DNA of 64,000 nt, taken from positions 212,646-276,645 of the forward strand of contig NMRA01000519.1 in the NCBI GenBank assembly GCA_002633005.1, in the 5' to 3' direction. Shown in pieces: positions 53,901 to 64,000 of this stretch. The DNA is from Phoronis australis (lineage: Eukaryota > Animalia > Phoronida). Within the stretch, counting starts at the first letter, position 1, and every line of letters starts with the position of its first letter. The notes beneath the pieces are model-generated. The model saw only the letters and a program-made list of their open reading frames with translations, was not told the origin of the DNA and ran no database searches. Position numbers and translations under genes: made by a program.

Positions 53901-56900
53901 GGCTCGAAAAATCAACTCAGTCCATCATGCACAACAGAATTAGAAATCGACTCAAAGCCAAAGACACTTCTGTGCTCTCACAATGTTGAAGAGTTGCACA
54001 AAGAATGTTTCCTAACTGTAAACATTGCTATGAAGATGACCTGTGTGTTAAACAGTAGGCAGACTTACCCGTCTTAGAAAGAGGGGTTGGTGCTAATGGA
54101 GTCAGAGTGGGGAAGTCAAACAGCGAGAGGTAGGCCTCCAAGTGGTCCTGCTTGAAGAATACGCCCTCATGCACGGTGGACAACTTAGGCTGGGAGAAAC
54201 TGATCAGTCTAAAGAGAATTATGAGATGATAAGAACTGCAGCCATATCACTGGCATAACATGAACAATCTAGGTTTTCACTGGCTGTGGAAGACATTGTT
54301 GTCATCTTACAAAATGAGATGGGCATGAAGCAAGGTATCGTTTTTATCAACTACATTGCTAATCATTCTGTTAGCAGCATCCATCAAATAACACCCCACC
54401 AACATGTGTTGTGGTGACTCGGTGACAGCCTGCAGGGTTCTCCACAGACTATATTAACAGAGCACACAGCTCTATTTTAATTTCGGATGTTGACTTGGAC
54501 CACCGGTAGAATTCTCCCACCCTGATTTAAGTCCTCTCATGCCCTCGTTACAATTTGCTTTTGATAATTCAGTGGTTACAGTCAATTAATCTTTTTTTGT
54601 AAAAAATGTTTTTTCTTTTCTCCATAGTAATTTGGTATTAATAGTGCATTTGGTACAGATGCAAGAAATCCATGAGAAAGTAAGACCATATAAGTCGTGG
54701 TGAGATATTGCCACGCATACCATACAAGCCAAAAGTTTGGTTCAAATTCATCTGACTGTGACATTATGTAGTGATGGCAGGAGTAGACAGGTTCATTCCA
54801 AATTGACACTTACTCAATTACAAATTGGAAAGAAAATGATTCCATCTATGACATAAGCTGTCAACAGACACCCTGGAGTCTTCTAAAAGTTGACAACAAA
54901 ACACTGATTAATCATTGATTAATAAAACAGTAATAATGAAACTCAAACAACTAATTATAATGAAATGGTTCTAAACACAAACTGATTTACTCCATGAACA
55001 AATGTAATGTTCAAGTCACAAAGAACCTCCCCCCCTCCTATCAGTGCTATCTAATGTCAAATGTATCTAGTCTGTCTGGTAGAATATCAAATTTCAGAAA
55101 GACTCTGATTATTGTAAACAAGTGTAGGAAACGAAAGCTTTAACACCCAGGGCAAGTTTTATTCGTGCCTGCCGAGCAAGTCTCAAGGAGTTCATTAATA
55201 ATTGAGAAAAATTAAAATAAGTTTGCTCGACATGTCAGGTCACTTTAGGTGCTGAGCAAAGTCTAAAGAAGTTCATTAATAATTAAGGGACATTAAACTA
55301 AATTGGCTCGACATGTCAGGTCACTTTAGGTGCCAAGCAAAGTCTCAAGCTCAGAAATCGATTCAAATCTATGTATAACAAGAAATTACTTATTTGATAA
55401 GACCTGAAAACTAAAGTTAGACCTTTATGGCAGCAGACAGTTGCAGCTTTAAAATTAATGTCCTTAATTTCACAAATTTTCCTTCTCAAATGGCTATGCT
55501 TGGCTTAAATGCCCACCCTTTGATTTTTAATTATTCACAAGTTGCTGGGCCTGAACCAAATTGGCCTTCATAGCTTCACAAATTTTCATTTCTCAACACT
55601 CTGCACTGCTCGTCTTAAACATATTAGATTGACATTTTGAATGATTTTTAAGACAGATGAATTTGGTACACATTTCATGTTGGAATCCTGTTCACTGATC
55701 AGAACAGATGTTTATCCAGGACAATGACCACCACACTACAATAACACTGAATACAATCATTACTAACAAGGCATTGTTGTTCAATACTCACACATAAGAC
55801 AGCGGTGACTTCTCAACTTGAACAAAGTTGAGTCGAAAGTGCTTCTCTCCTCGATGATACACAGATGAATCCACATCCAATCTAAACATGCACTAAGGAC
55901 AGAGAAATAAAATTTTGCTGATAGTACCGTTCTCAGGTTTTTTTTCAAATCACAGAAACATTTCAAGAAAAAGTTGCCCGGATTAATTCCACAAGGACTA
56001 TTTCATAATTGGAAAGATATGTCGCCCCCTATTGACTGACACTAACACTATGTACACAGTCAGTGCAGTACAACACATGGGCCACCAACAGTGGTTTTAT
56101 AATTGTCAAAATTTTAATTGAATCAACAAACCACTTACGTCATGAATATTTTTCTGCGGATGTTATCCAGCAAAGTTTGGTGGAACTCAGAGTCCCGGCA
56201 AATTCGTGTCTCAATGCAAAACTTTTCATTAGTAAAAATTTTCTTGAAAAATACACGGAATTATATGGCATCAGTTTTCCCCATGAAAATGACAATAATG
56301 TCACGTAGTTGCTAATACTAATATCATCATTACGATTTTGAATTCTAGTCAAAACAATATCAGTAAGTATCAATAAATACAGTACTGTCATGGAGTATGA
56401 AGAATAATTACTTCATTGCTGTCATTGAGGTGCAACGCCCAAATTTATGCATTGCAAATGGAAGGTTTTTGGAAGACAGTGCAAATTAAAATTAATAACT
56501 GATACATTTTAGACTACCATCCCATTTATAATAAGGTTAAAAACTTGAATGAAGAAGGTTCAAAATGCTTGAATAATGCGTCCTTCTTAGATCAACTACT
56601 CCTACACAGAAGGATTATTCAAACTCAGTTATAATCGGAATTGTTGAAATGTGCTATCATCCGCAAAATACAAACAAATTTATCAAGTCGGATCAGCCTC
56701 TTTCATACACATTTTATAAACACAGAGGCCGACACAAACAATAAATATTTCCTTAAAGGATAGCTGGATTGATCCAAAAATTGGCAGATTTTCTGAAAGA
56801 TTCAGCAGATAGTGACAGAGGTGGATGCCCGGGGAACCTACATAATGTGACATATGTAGTAGTTATCTCCCATATATATTGGGTACTAACCAATAAGGTT

Positions 56901-57545
56901 ACGACAATAAATAAAGTCCTGCATATCAAACACAAAGGGGGGTACTCCCATAGAAGATGTATAGAGATGGAGTAGCCAATACATCAGGTTTGACTTATAA
57001 CAGATTCAGTGTTGGCTAACCGACTGGCGTCTCACTCAATTGGCCGACTTTTTCAGAATCAATACGAAAGGGTAACTTTTCTGATTCGAAAGAGTAGGCC
57101 TCCTTGGACCAATTAGTAGTTATTCCATCCACAGTTTCAACAAGCATAATTAGCAAGTCAACATTACCTTGCAGTATCAAAAAAACTAAACTGTTCCATC
57201 CCCAAATTAGAATTAAGACATATGTTTTTTTCCAAGATCGCACTGCACGGGGCTTTATTTTACAATTCATCTCTGGGCCTTGGAAAATTCCATTTTGGAA
57301 GGAGTATTATTTCGTTCTGTGCGCAATTGAGAAAATTAAAATGGGAATAACCTCACAAAATTTGTTTACATATTCCCATAACAAATATTGGTTACAAATT
57401 CAAAAACTGTCTTGTCTCAAAAAGGAACTAAAATTGGTTTCCATTTTCATAAGGTTTTAGAGTATCACTTGACTACATTTCTTACCTCAACCGATATTGG
57501 TAGGTTCTCCACTACTGCTTGGCTAAGCTGGAGCCAACATTTTTC
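32975..57545 (-). CDS. Large uncharacterised protein (>=915 aa, 5'-partial, 23 exons found) with an apparent internal duplication and a Dpy-30/RIIa-like helix pair
   Basis: Manually spliced open frame, all GT-AG and phase-consistent: 57545-57486, 55892-55792, 54208-54069, 52546-52354, 51948-51856, 51588-51462, 51006-50924, 50434-50341, 49141-49049, 47213-47133, 45815-45758, 45109-45036, 44239-44115, 43143-43028, 42359-42250, 41513-41366, 40572-40403, 39544-39465, 37088-37022, 35756-35592, 34667-34482, 33934-33746, 33169-32975 (2748 nt including stop). No start exon found and I do not recognise the family. Confidence 0.85.
37225..39414 (+). mobile_element. Helentron/HINE-like non-autonomous element with internal tandem repeats (3' part duplicated across an N)
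   Basis: Starts AACAAGAG with a small hairpin. Internal ~130-170-bp units each carry GCCACTAGRNGGC. A 3' hairpin TTTACTG-C-CAGTAAA precedes a T/A tail. Confidence 0.55.
43176..43415. mobile_element. 240-bp insertion with a long hairpin and 13-bp flanking direct repeat
   Basis: ACTAGACAGTCAA at 43163-43175 and 43416-43428. Arms of ~75 bp (43255-43330 / 43341-43416) surround a 10-nt loop. Confidence 0.65.
45879..46990 (-). mobile_element. Non-autonomous Kolobok-like DNA transposon with THAP-domain relic
   Basis: TIRs AGAGTTCCCACCATG / CATGGTGGGAACTCT with TTAA on both sides (45875-45878, 46991-46994). Minus-strand relic CVCGGC...SVFEFAKDAKVPQKWYGLVRRTRVW...ATLC (46536-46820) fits the THAP pattern. 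Confidence 0.75.
47620..47970. repeat. AT-rich minisatellite, ~23-24-bp unit
   Basis: Repeated AATGAAGCAATTAATATTGTCAA variants. Confidence 0.85.
48501..49032. repeat. Homogeneous 30-bp minisatellite, ~18 copies
   Basis: (ATTTTGGCAAAGTGATGACATTTCATAATT)n. It explains the three overlapping repetitive ORFs. Confidence 0.97.
52569..53159. repeat. 81-bp minisatellite, ~6-7 copies, interrupted by an N gap
   Basis: Repeated TAAGTACTGAATATTTATGTGCCCTCCAGGGCATATGACCTGTATGC... unit. Confidence 0.95.
53175..53471. mobile_element. PIF/Harbinger-like MITE
   Basis: GGGTCTACTTCATGAA ... TTCATGAAACAGAACC with CAG and CTG flanks. Confidence 0.45.
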
Positions 57546-57714
57546 CTGCAAACAAAGAAACCAACATTACACTGTGCTGGAAACCATCTTTATTGAATAA
57601 GAAGTTGATCAAACCGTCCTAACCCCTCCTTTCCGCTCGAAGTGCACAGCCATTTCTACAACATCATTCTTTTCTCATGCGTACAAGTCATTACACCCAG
57701 GCTGCATGTCTTTT

Positions 57715-58285
57715 CTAAGCCTTGGTACAAAATACAGCTTTGCACCAATGTGGGTAAAAAAGTGGTAAGATAAAATCTGACACAAAATTAGTGTCATAAC
57801 AAACTACGGTCTTCCTTGAGTAAACTAAATTATTCAACGGTGTTGGAAAAAATGGCGTTTTACCATTATTCTGCTGCTAAAGTTGTGGAGTGATCTTAGC
57901 GACGGCTTTCGGTGCCATGAAATATTGTGTCACCTATTGGCCAGTATCTTTTTTCGCCGATTCTTCAATCTACTGTTCTTCTTTCACGAGGTTGCGTACA
58001 CGTCACAACAAATTATCAAAACTGGTTTCACTTCATTATAAGTTTTTAGAATTTTGATACCGAAAAATCGAATTTCAGAAGAAATTTTGCTGCTGCCAAG
58101 CTATCATCTCATTTAGGAAATGGTGCGTGCGCGTGATACAAGCGTACTGTTTTCAAAACGATGACATACTTTTCATTGTTAGAAAAGGCGGAGAGTAACG
58201 CAAGAAAATGACGTTTATTGAATTGTTTTTCACTTAAACAGCTGTAACGAGCAAGGTGAGTGTCGGTTGATTCCCAGATTTTGCA
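57715..58285 (-). repeat. Dispersed ~0.6-kb interspersed repeat (copy 2)
   Basis: Reverse complement of 16610-17190. Confidence 0.8.
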
Positions 58286-61200
58286 TGCACCCCGTCCGGT
58301 CTTTAGCTTTACACACTGATACAAGTTTCACAGCAAGGTGACGAGCAAAACTACCCTGGCTGTGTGTAGTTTCGGGGTCTATGGAAGAAATACACACAGT
58401 GGTACCTAGCTGTATTTTAACAACAGTCTTCATACAGCTAGCTGGTTGGCTACTCTTTTCTCTACTGTGCACCCCCTCTTGGTTTGTTAGGGAAGTAAGC
58501 TTTCTTTCAGCAGGTCAAGCAGATGCAAGATCTTGTCGACCATTGGGGTTCAACAATACCAACCTTGGTGGAGAGGGGTACCTGAGAGTTTTCACTCTCA
58601 TCAACAAGCATGGCCTTCGACCAGTGGGCAAGTTATGCCTGTTGGAGTACGTTATTTTAAAGGTTAGGTTACAGGAATGACTGTATACAAAATGTAATAG
58701 AAAAAAGAATGACACAATTAGTTAGCAAGCTTCCATTAACAGTATTGAGAACTAAACCCAAATGTGTGCTGGGTTCTCCACTTGCCAAAAATCAAATGAG
58801 AGTAACTATATAGCTGAAAGTCCAAATGGGAGTAAGTGTGTGAGTCTGGTCACCTAACCCAAGACAACTTTGGAAACCAATAGCTCATTTAATGCATTCT
58901 GATGCAACTTTATCTATTTCACTAATCTGAATGCAGTAAAGGATAGCAAACGAAGATTTTGAATGAGACTAGCAGGATATAAAGGCTCCAAATATTAGCT
59001 AGCAAAACACATTTAAAAAGGATATGTAAAAGATGGCATCAGTAGGGCTAGTCAGTGTGCAAAATTAACCCATGTTGAGAGTAAAGAGGATGCTGTGCCC
59101 TGATTAAGCACCCCTGTAGAGAACCCTGGGAATGGCGAGGGATTAAATGTTAAATGTTAAAATAGACAACTATCACATGAACTTTCCAGGGAGAGGTCAA
59201 GAAGAGTTATAGAGTTACACTCTGTTCACATCAAAGCTATTATAACTTAAAAAACAGATTAAAAATGTTATAACTCTCACTCTGAACACTTTCAAACCAT
59301 TTTCAAAAGTTGTAACAATTACTTTAACATGGTTATAACCCAGGTTTAGAGAGAAGTTGTAACTCGGTGTGATCACGGCAGTTGCAAAAGTTGTAGCTCA
59401 GTAGGTGGCGCCGCTGTCAAATTTCAAAGGAAATGGTGTACCAAGGCCACACAAACTGGGTTGAATGGGAAAGCAATTATAGTACAGATGACTGGCAACT
59501 AAAACCACAAACTACAGTTGAAACATTCAGAGTGAACAGTAATGATTACACTGCAACAAAACTATAGAGAGTTACAATCCAGTTTAACACAGCTTAACAA
59601 GGGTGAATACCACCCAGTCTCTAATGCTCAATGACCTGGAATACCACTGATGATTTGATAGATCCACATATGAGAGTGAATCAAAGGCGGAAAAGGTGCC
59701 ACAAAAATCATCCATGCTCCCCCGAATTTATACTAGGTTTCAGCTAATCATAAACTAAAAAGGTCTGAGAAAATAGTGACTTGTCAAAAGACAAAACTAT
59801 TGATTATGGGAAGATCTCAATAACAGGTAAAAATCAAAAATTGTATGACGTGTGATCGATCATTGAAATCTCCTGAATTCAGTATATCCGCAAATGGCAT
59901 CGGACCATTACATACTAGAGAGTTAGTTAACTGTTAAGTCACGACATAGAAGTAAAAGAACTCATTAGAAAGACATCAAGCAAATTAAAATTTGCTAAAA
60001 AATGACATGGTATCACAAGGACAGTTTCACTCTACCAAGAAAGTAATATATATTACAGTCTAGGATCATTATGATCTCAATTTACAAGTACTTGAACAGG
60101 CTAAACAGGTGAGACAATGCAGTTGCAGACGGAGGTGCTTATCAACAAGTCCGTGTACTTAGCACAATATCTAAAAACTATAGTTTTTTAACTCAGTAAA
60201 AGTTTGCATTTTCTGAAAGTAGAAAGACTATAAAACAACAGGCATTACCAAACTTCATTTGATATAAATGATTAAGAAGAAATCTCATAATATTTGTAAC
60301 AGTTTTCTAAAGTAGCAACTTTCGAGTTTTCTTCATGAAAGACACCAAGAGTGGAACAATGAAGATGAGTGTACAAGTCATGCTATGTGAAAGTTTCACA
60401 TGAACACTGGTTAGTCATTTCTGGTATCATGTTGTGAAGACAGACAAATTTGGGCATTTTATTGGGTTCCGACATAACCAGTTTCTAAGATCCCTTTTAT
60501 CACAAACAAGTACCAATCAATCATGAACAAGAAAACCCTGTTACAGTCTAACGACTGTCTGCGAATAAGGAATTGTGACTTAGAGCAGCATTTCCTAATT
60601 AAAACAGCAAAACCATTGGCAGCATGAATGATCCTCCATTAGTTGTCAGTATTAAAGGTGTAAGGCCCTCAGCTTGCTGATCTTTATCAAGTGGTTTACG
60701 ATGGAATAAACATAATGTTGACACTCTATCACCGCAGACAGCATCCCCATGCATCAAACCGGCAACTCGACTCATATTTCTGCAAAAGCTTATAACTGAA
60801 GAAAGTCTCTTAAACATTCAGTTTCTCTATAAACTTTTCATAGTTAGGTTCATCTAGTCTATTCATACAAGAAGGCAAAGTGAATTAAGTTATCCTAACT
60901 GCAAAAAAGATGTAACATTTTGCAGCTGTCTTGAGACTGAAGTTAAATAGAGAAACAAAATTATTTGAATCCCACGAGAATGTGACACAAGGAAAAGGTC
61001 TTAACCTTTCAGATCTACACAAGTATCATTTTTACGTTTTATCTTGCACAACCTATGCATAACCTTAACTCAAGCCAAAATGTTGAGGCCAAGAATACAG
61101 GAAAAAACAGAGGACTTGAAGCTGTAAACAAAGGAGACAACATTCCAACTGAAGTCACATGACCTCTTGAATAATGTCCTGTACAGTAGTTTTCAAAAAA

Positions 61201-61498
61201 ACTTATATAGATTTAGTTAAAATTTTGGTAAAATTCATCACATTGTATCGAAATCATAGGGAAGTTCCTAACAGAAAACAGATGAAACCTAACATTAAAT
61301 CATTCAGAAATTACCTGAAAATTTGCTTTTGGAATTTCTGCCATGAAGACAAAATAACATTGTCAACTTTTTGAAACTTACTGTATTAATACAAACACCT
61401 ATGCAGAGTACAATAGAACCATTATAGTACACTCTGACTGTTCCCCACCAACAGAGCTGACTAGCTGCTGAAGACACAGAGGACAACAGACAAGAGAA

Positions 61499-64000
61499 AT
61501 GGAAGCACCAGAAGATATGATGAGTTTACAAACATTGTTTGATCCAGACTACAAGGACATGTTTATCAACATAAGTGAAATAACATTTGAAGACTATGCA
61601 TATCCAACCACCGACACACAAATGACAGAAATGATCACCAGCTGGATAGTACAACCCATTCTTGTCACCACTGGAATTGTGGGTAATGTCCTTAATGTGC
61701 TAGTGTTGTCTCGTCAGTCCATGGCATCGCCTACCACTCTGTTTCTTCGTGCACTGGCTGTGTCAGACATACTCTTGATGGTATGCATGATACCACAGTG
61801 CCTGAATATCTTCCATGCCGTCCAACAATGGACAGCTTACCAGGAATTCTACAAGTATTACCTCATTGGCAGGTAGGTTAGCGAGTGCCTCCTACTGGGA
61901 AAATTTTAAACAATATGAAGGAAAAACTTGTCGAGCTTAAAGAGCTTATTAAAATCACAAATTTTATACCAAAAACACAAAAAAGTCATACCACTTGATC
62001 AATGGCAAACTAGAACACCCTCAATCACTATCTGACAATATGTAACTTAGAAAGGTGATCTAGAGTTGCAAGCCTTTATTGGCCGACACACATTGCATAG
62101 AGTCAGGACTACCAATCGCAGAATTACAGTCATCCTCCACAGTATTAATGTGAAAAAGCATCAGATATTGCTGCTCGCTTTCTCGCCGTTTATGGTGTAA
62201 TAAAGAATGGCAAGTCGTTGCATTTATTTTGTGGTGGTTGTGACAACTTAGTATTTGACTGTACTGTCAGTGGTTCTTTTCACTTTACCGTTGAAATCTG
62301 AGAAACATGGACATGACACACTGGGGCTGGTGGGTACATTCACACGTCACACTCACGTCCATGGAGCTAAGAAACTTTCAGTTGAAGTTGCACTTTTCAT
62401 CTATTCCCACTTTCTTGGGATATTGAAATCAATTATGGTATGCAGTGTAAATGAATGTTTAATGGTGATGACAATGGAATCACTGGTCAAAACAAGGTAA
62501 ATAGTAGTTTTAAGCAGCACTTTAACTTTATTTTTACATATAAATGTGACTGAAGGTAACTTTTCAACTTTCCTGAATTTTTTCCAACATTTCACTGGTC
62601 GCAAATTCTTACATAACTACTCTTAGCATTTCTTTGAAGCATTACTTAATATATGCCAAACATGTGAGTAGTATGATACGGCTTCCATTGATTTCAATTT
62701 AACGACAATAGATTATCGTCCACTTTTTGACCACTTGATTTTCCAGCATTGAACCAACAGGATCAAGAGCTTATCATTTTGTATTTACTCACCGTTGCAC
62801 TTGGGAGCATTTTTATTTCGTTTTTATCTCCCACAAACACAAAGTATAATGTAACTGCACGTCACACCATAAAAACTTTTTACTTGTACTGGGATACTGA
62901 TATTAAAAGTTGTGTAGGCCAAACACAAGATAAAATCATTAATAAAGTTGTGTAGGCCAAACACAAGATAAAATCATTAATAAAGTTATGTAGGCCAAAC
63001 ACAAGATAAAATCATTAATAAAGTTGTGTAGGCCAAACACAAGATAAAATCATTAATTTAAAGAAGTAGTGCAAGCCAGGAAAACCTAGAAGACAGATTG
63101 ATATACACTAAACTGGCCACCACATAGCTGAATGACTGACCCCCTCCTTCTCAACACACACAAGTAGGCACACAGCTGGCTAGACTAGTATCTAGAGGGT
63201 CGATTCTATCAATTATCAGATGACAGCTCACGAAATGGCGACGAGTAATCTAGCCACAATAGCCATCCCAACAAGGGAACATCATGAGCAATCTCATTGC
63301 CGTCAGTCATCTTTTACTTATTTTTAAAATTCCGTGTTGATGTCTGCCAGGTAACGGTAACACCTTGATCAACTCACTTGCCATGTATACTGCGTTAGTG
63401 CTAGACAGTAATAAATGTACATCACTGACACTAAACACAGTGCAGTTGTCTTAATATTATACTTCTTATAAGACACTTAAGATAATTAATTATGTACAGA
63501 ATAACAACAGATAAATGTTTTATGTATTCTCTACAGCCTTTTTTATTGTAAAAGTAATGACACCTATACACCTATCACGCTAGTCAACTCATATGACTTA
63601 CCAAATGAGGAAGTTCATAGTCACGAGCTTGACTTTACTTTCGGCTAGCAGGATGTCAGCTAAAATAAGGCTACCAACTCACCAATGAACATTTTCATTT
63701 ACAATGTAATTCATCACCTAGTTTATCTTTCTCTTTGTTATTTCAATTGATTTTACTATAAAAAGTACACCAAAATAGCCTTCATTCAAAATCAACCAGC
63801 TTCAAATGTTACTCGCATCAAAAATGTTTGATAGAGAAGAGGATTTTCATCAGCTAGCATCTGCTCACACTTCACATGTTTTATATTTTCAAAATTGTGT
63901 TCATCTCTTTTTCCTCTGTAGGTATTTTGTCGGAAACGTTTTAGTGACGTGTATAAGCTGGCTAACCATTGCTATTACGGTAGAACGTTTCATTGCCATA
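61499..64000 (+). CDS. Class A (rhodopsin) peptide GPCR, FMRFamide/sex-peptide-receptor-like, 3'-partial
   Basis: Exon 61499-61872 carries TM1 (GIVGNVLNVLVL) and TM2 (FLRALAVSD). It splices AG|GTAGG to TAG|G at 63922 into YFVGNVLVTCISWLTIAITVERFIAI (TM3, ERF variant of DRY). Runs off the window. Confidence 0.9.
62906..63056. repeat. 38-bp tandem repeat x4 in the GPCR intron
   Basis: Repeated AAGTTGTGTAGGCCAAACACAAGATAAAATCATTAATA. Confidence 0.9.

Overview
AT-rich, intron-rich animal genomic DNA. A marine invertebrate (probably a lophotrochozoan) is my inference from gene and repeat style; the taxon cannot be proven here. Most ORFs in the six-frame track are noise or single exons. Four protein-coding genes can be rebuilt with GT-AG introns in consistent phase. 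(1) V-ATPase V0 subunit d (ATP6V0D, minus strand): exons 1-5 are present and the 3' part lies left of the window. (2) A complete 9-exon adenosylhomocysteinase (AHCY, plus strand, 430 aa), head-to-head with ATP6V0D across 293 bp that contain M-box/CLEAR-like, CCAAT and YY1-like motifs. (3) A large uncharacterised minus-strand gene (23 exons, 915 aa found, 5' end missing). Its protein appears to be an ancient internal duplication, with a Dpy-30/RIIa-like helix pair and a motif order reminiscent of a degenerate Pol-beta-type nucleotidyltransferase fold (speculative). (4) The 5' part of a peptide-type rhodopsin GPCR (plus strand), probably nested antisense in gene 3. Introns hold an Academ-like transposon remnant, a P/Galileo-like foldback MITE (8-bp TSD), a Kolobok-like element (TTAA TSD, THAP relic), Harbinger-like MITEs, Helentron/HINE-like repeats carrying phased arrays of CTCF-consensus motifs, and several minisatellites. 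Four duplications next to single-N gaps are probably assembly artefacts. No tRNA, rRNA or CRISPR is supported.
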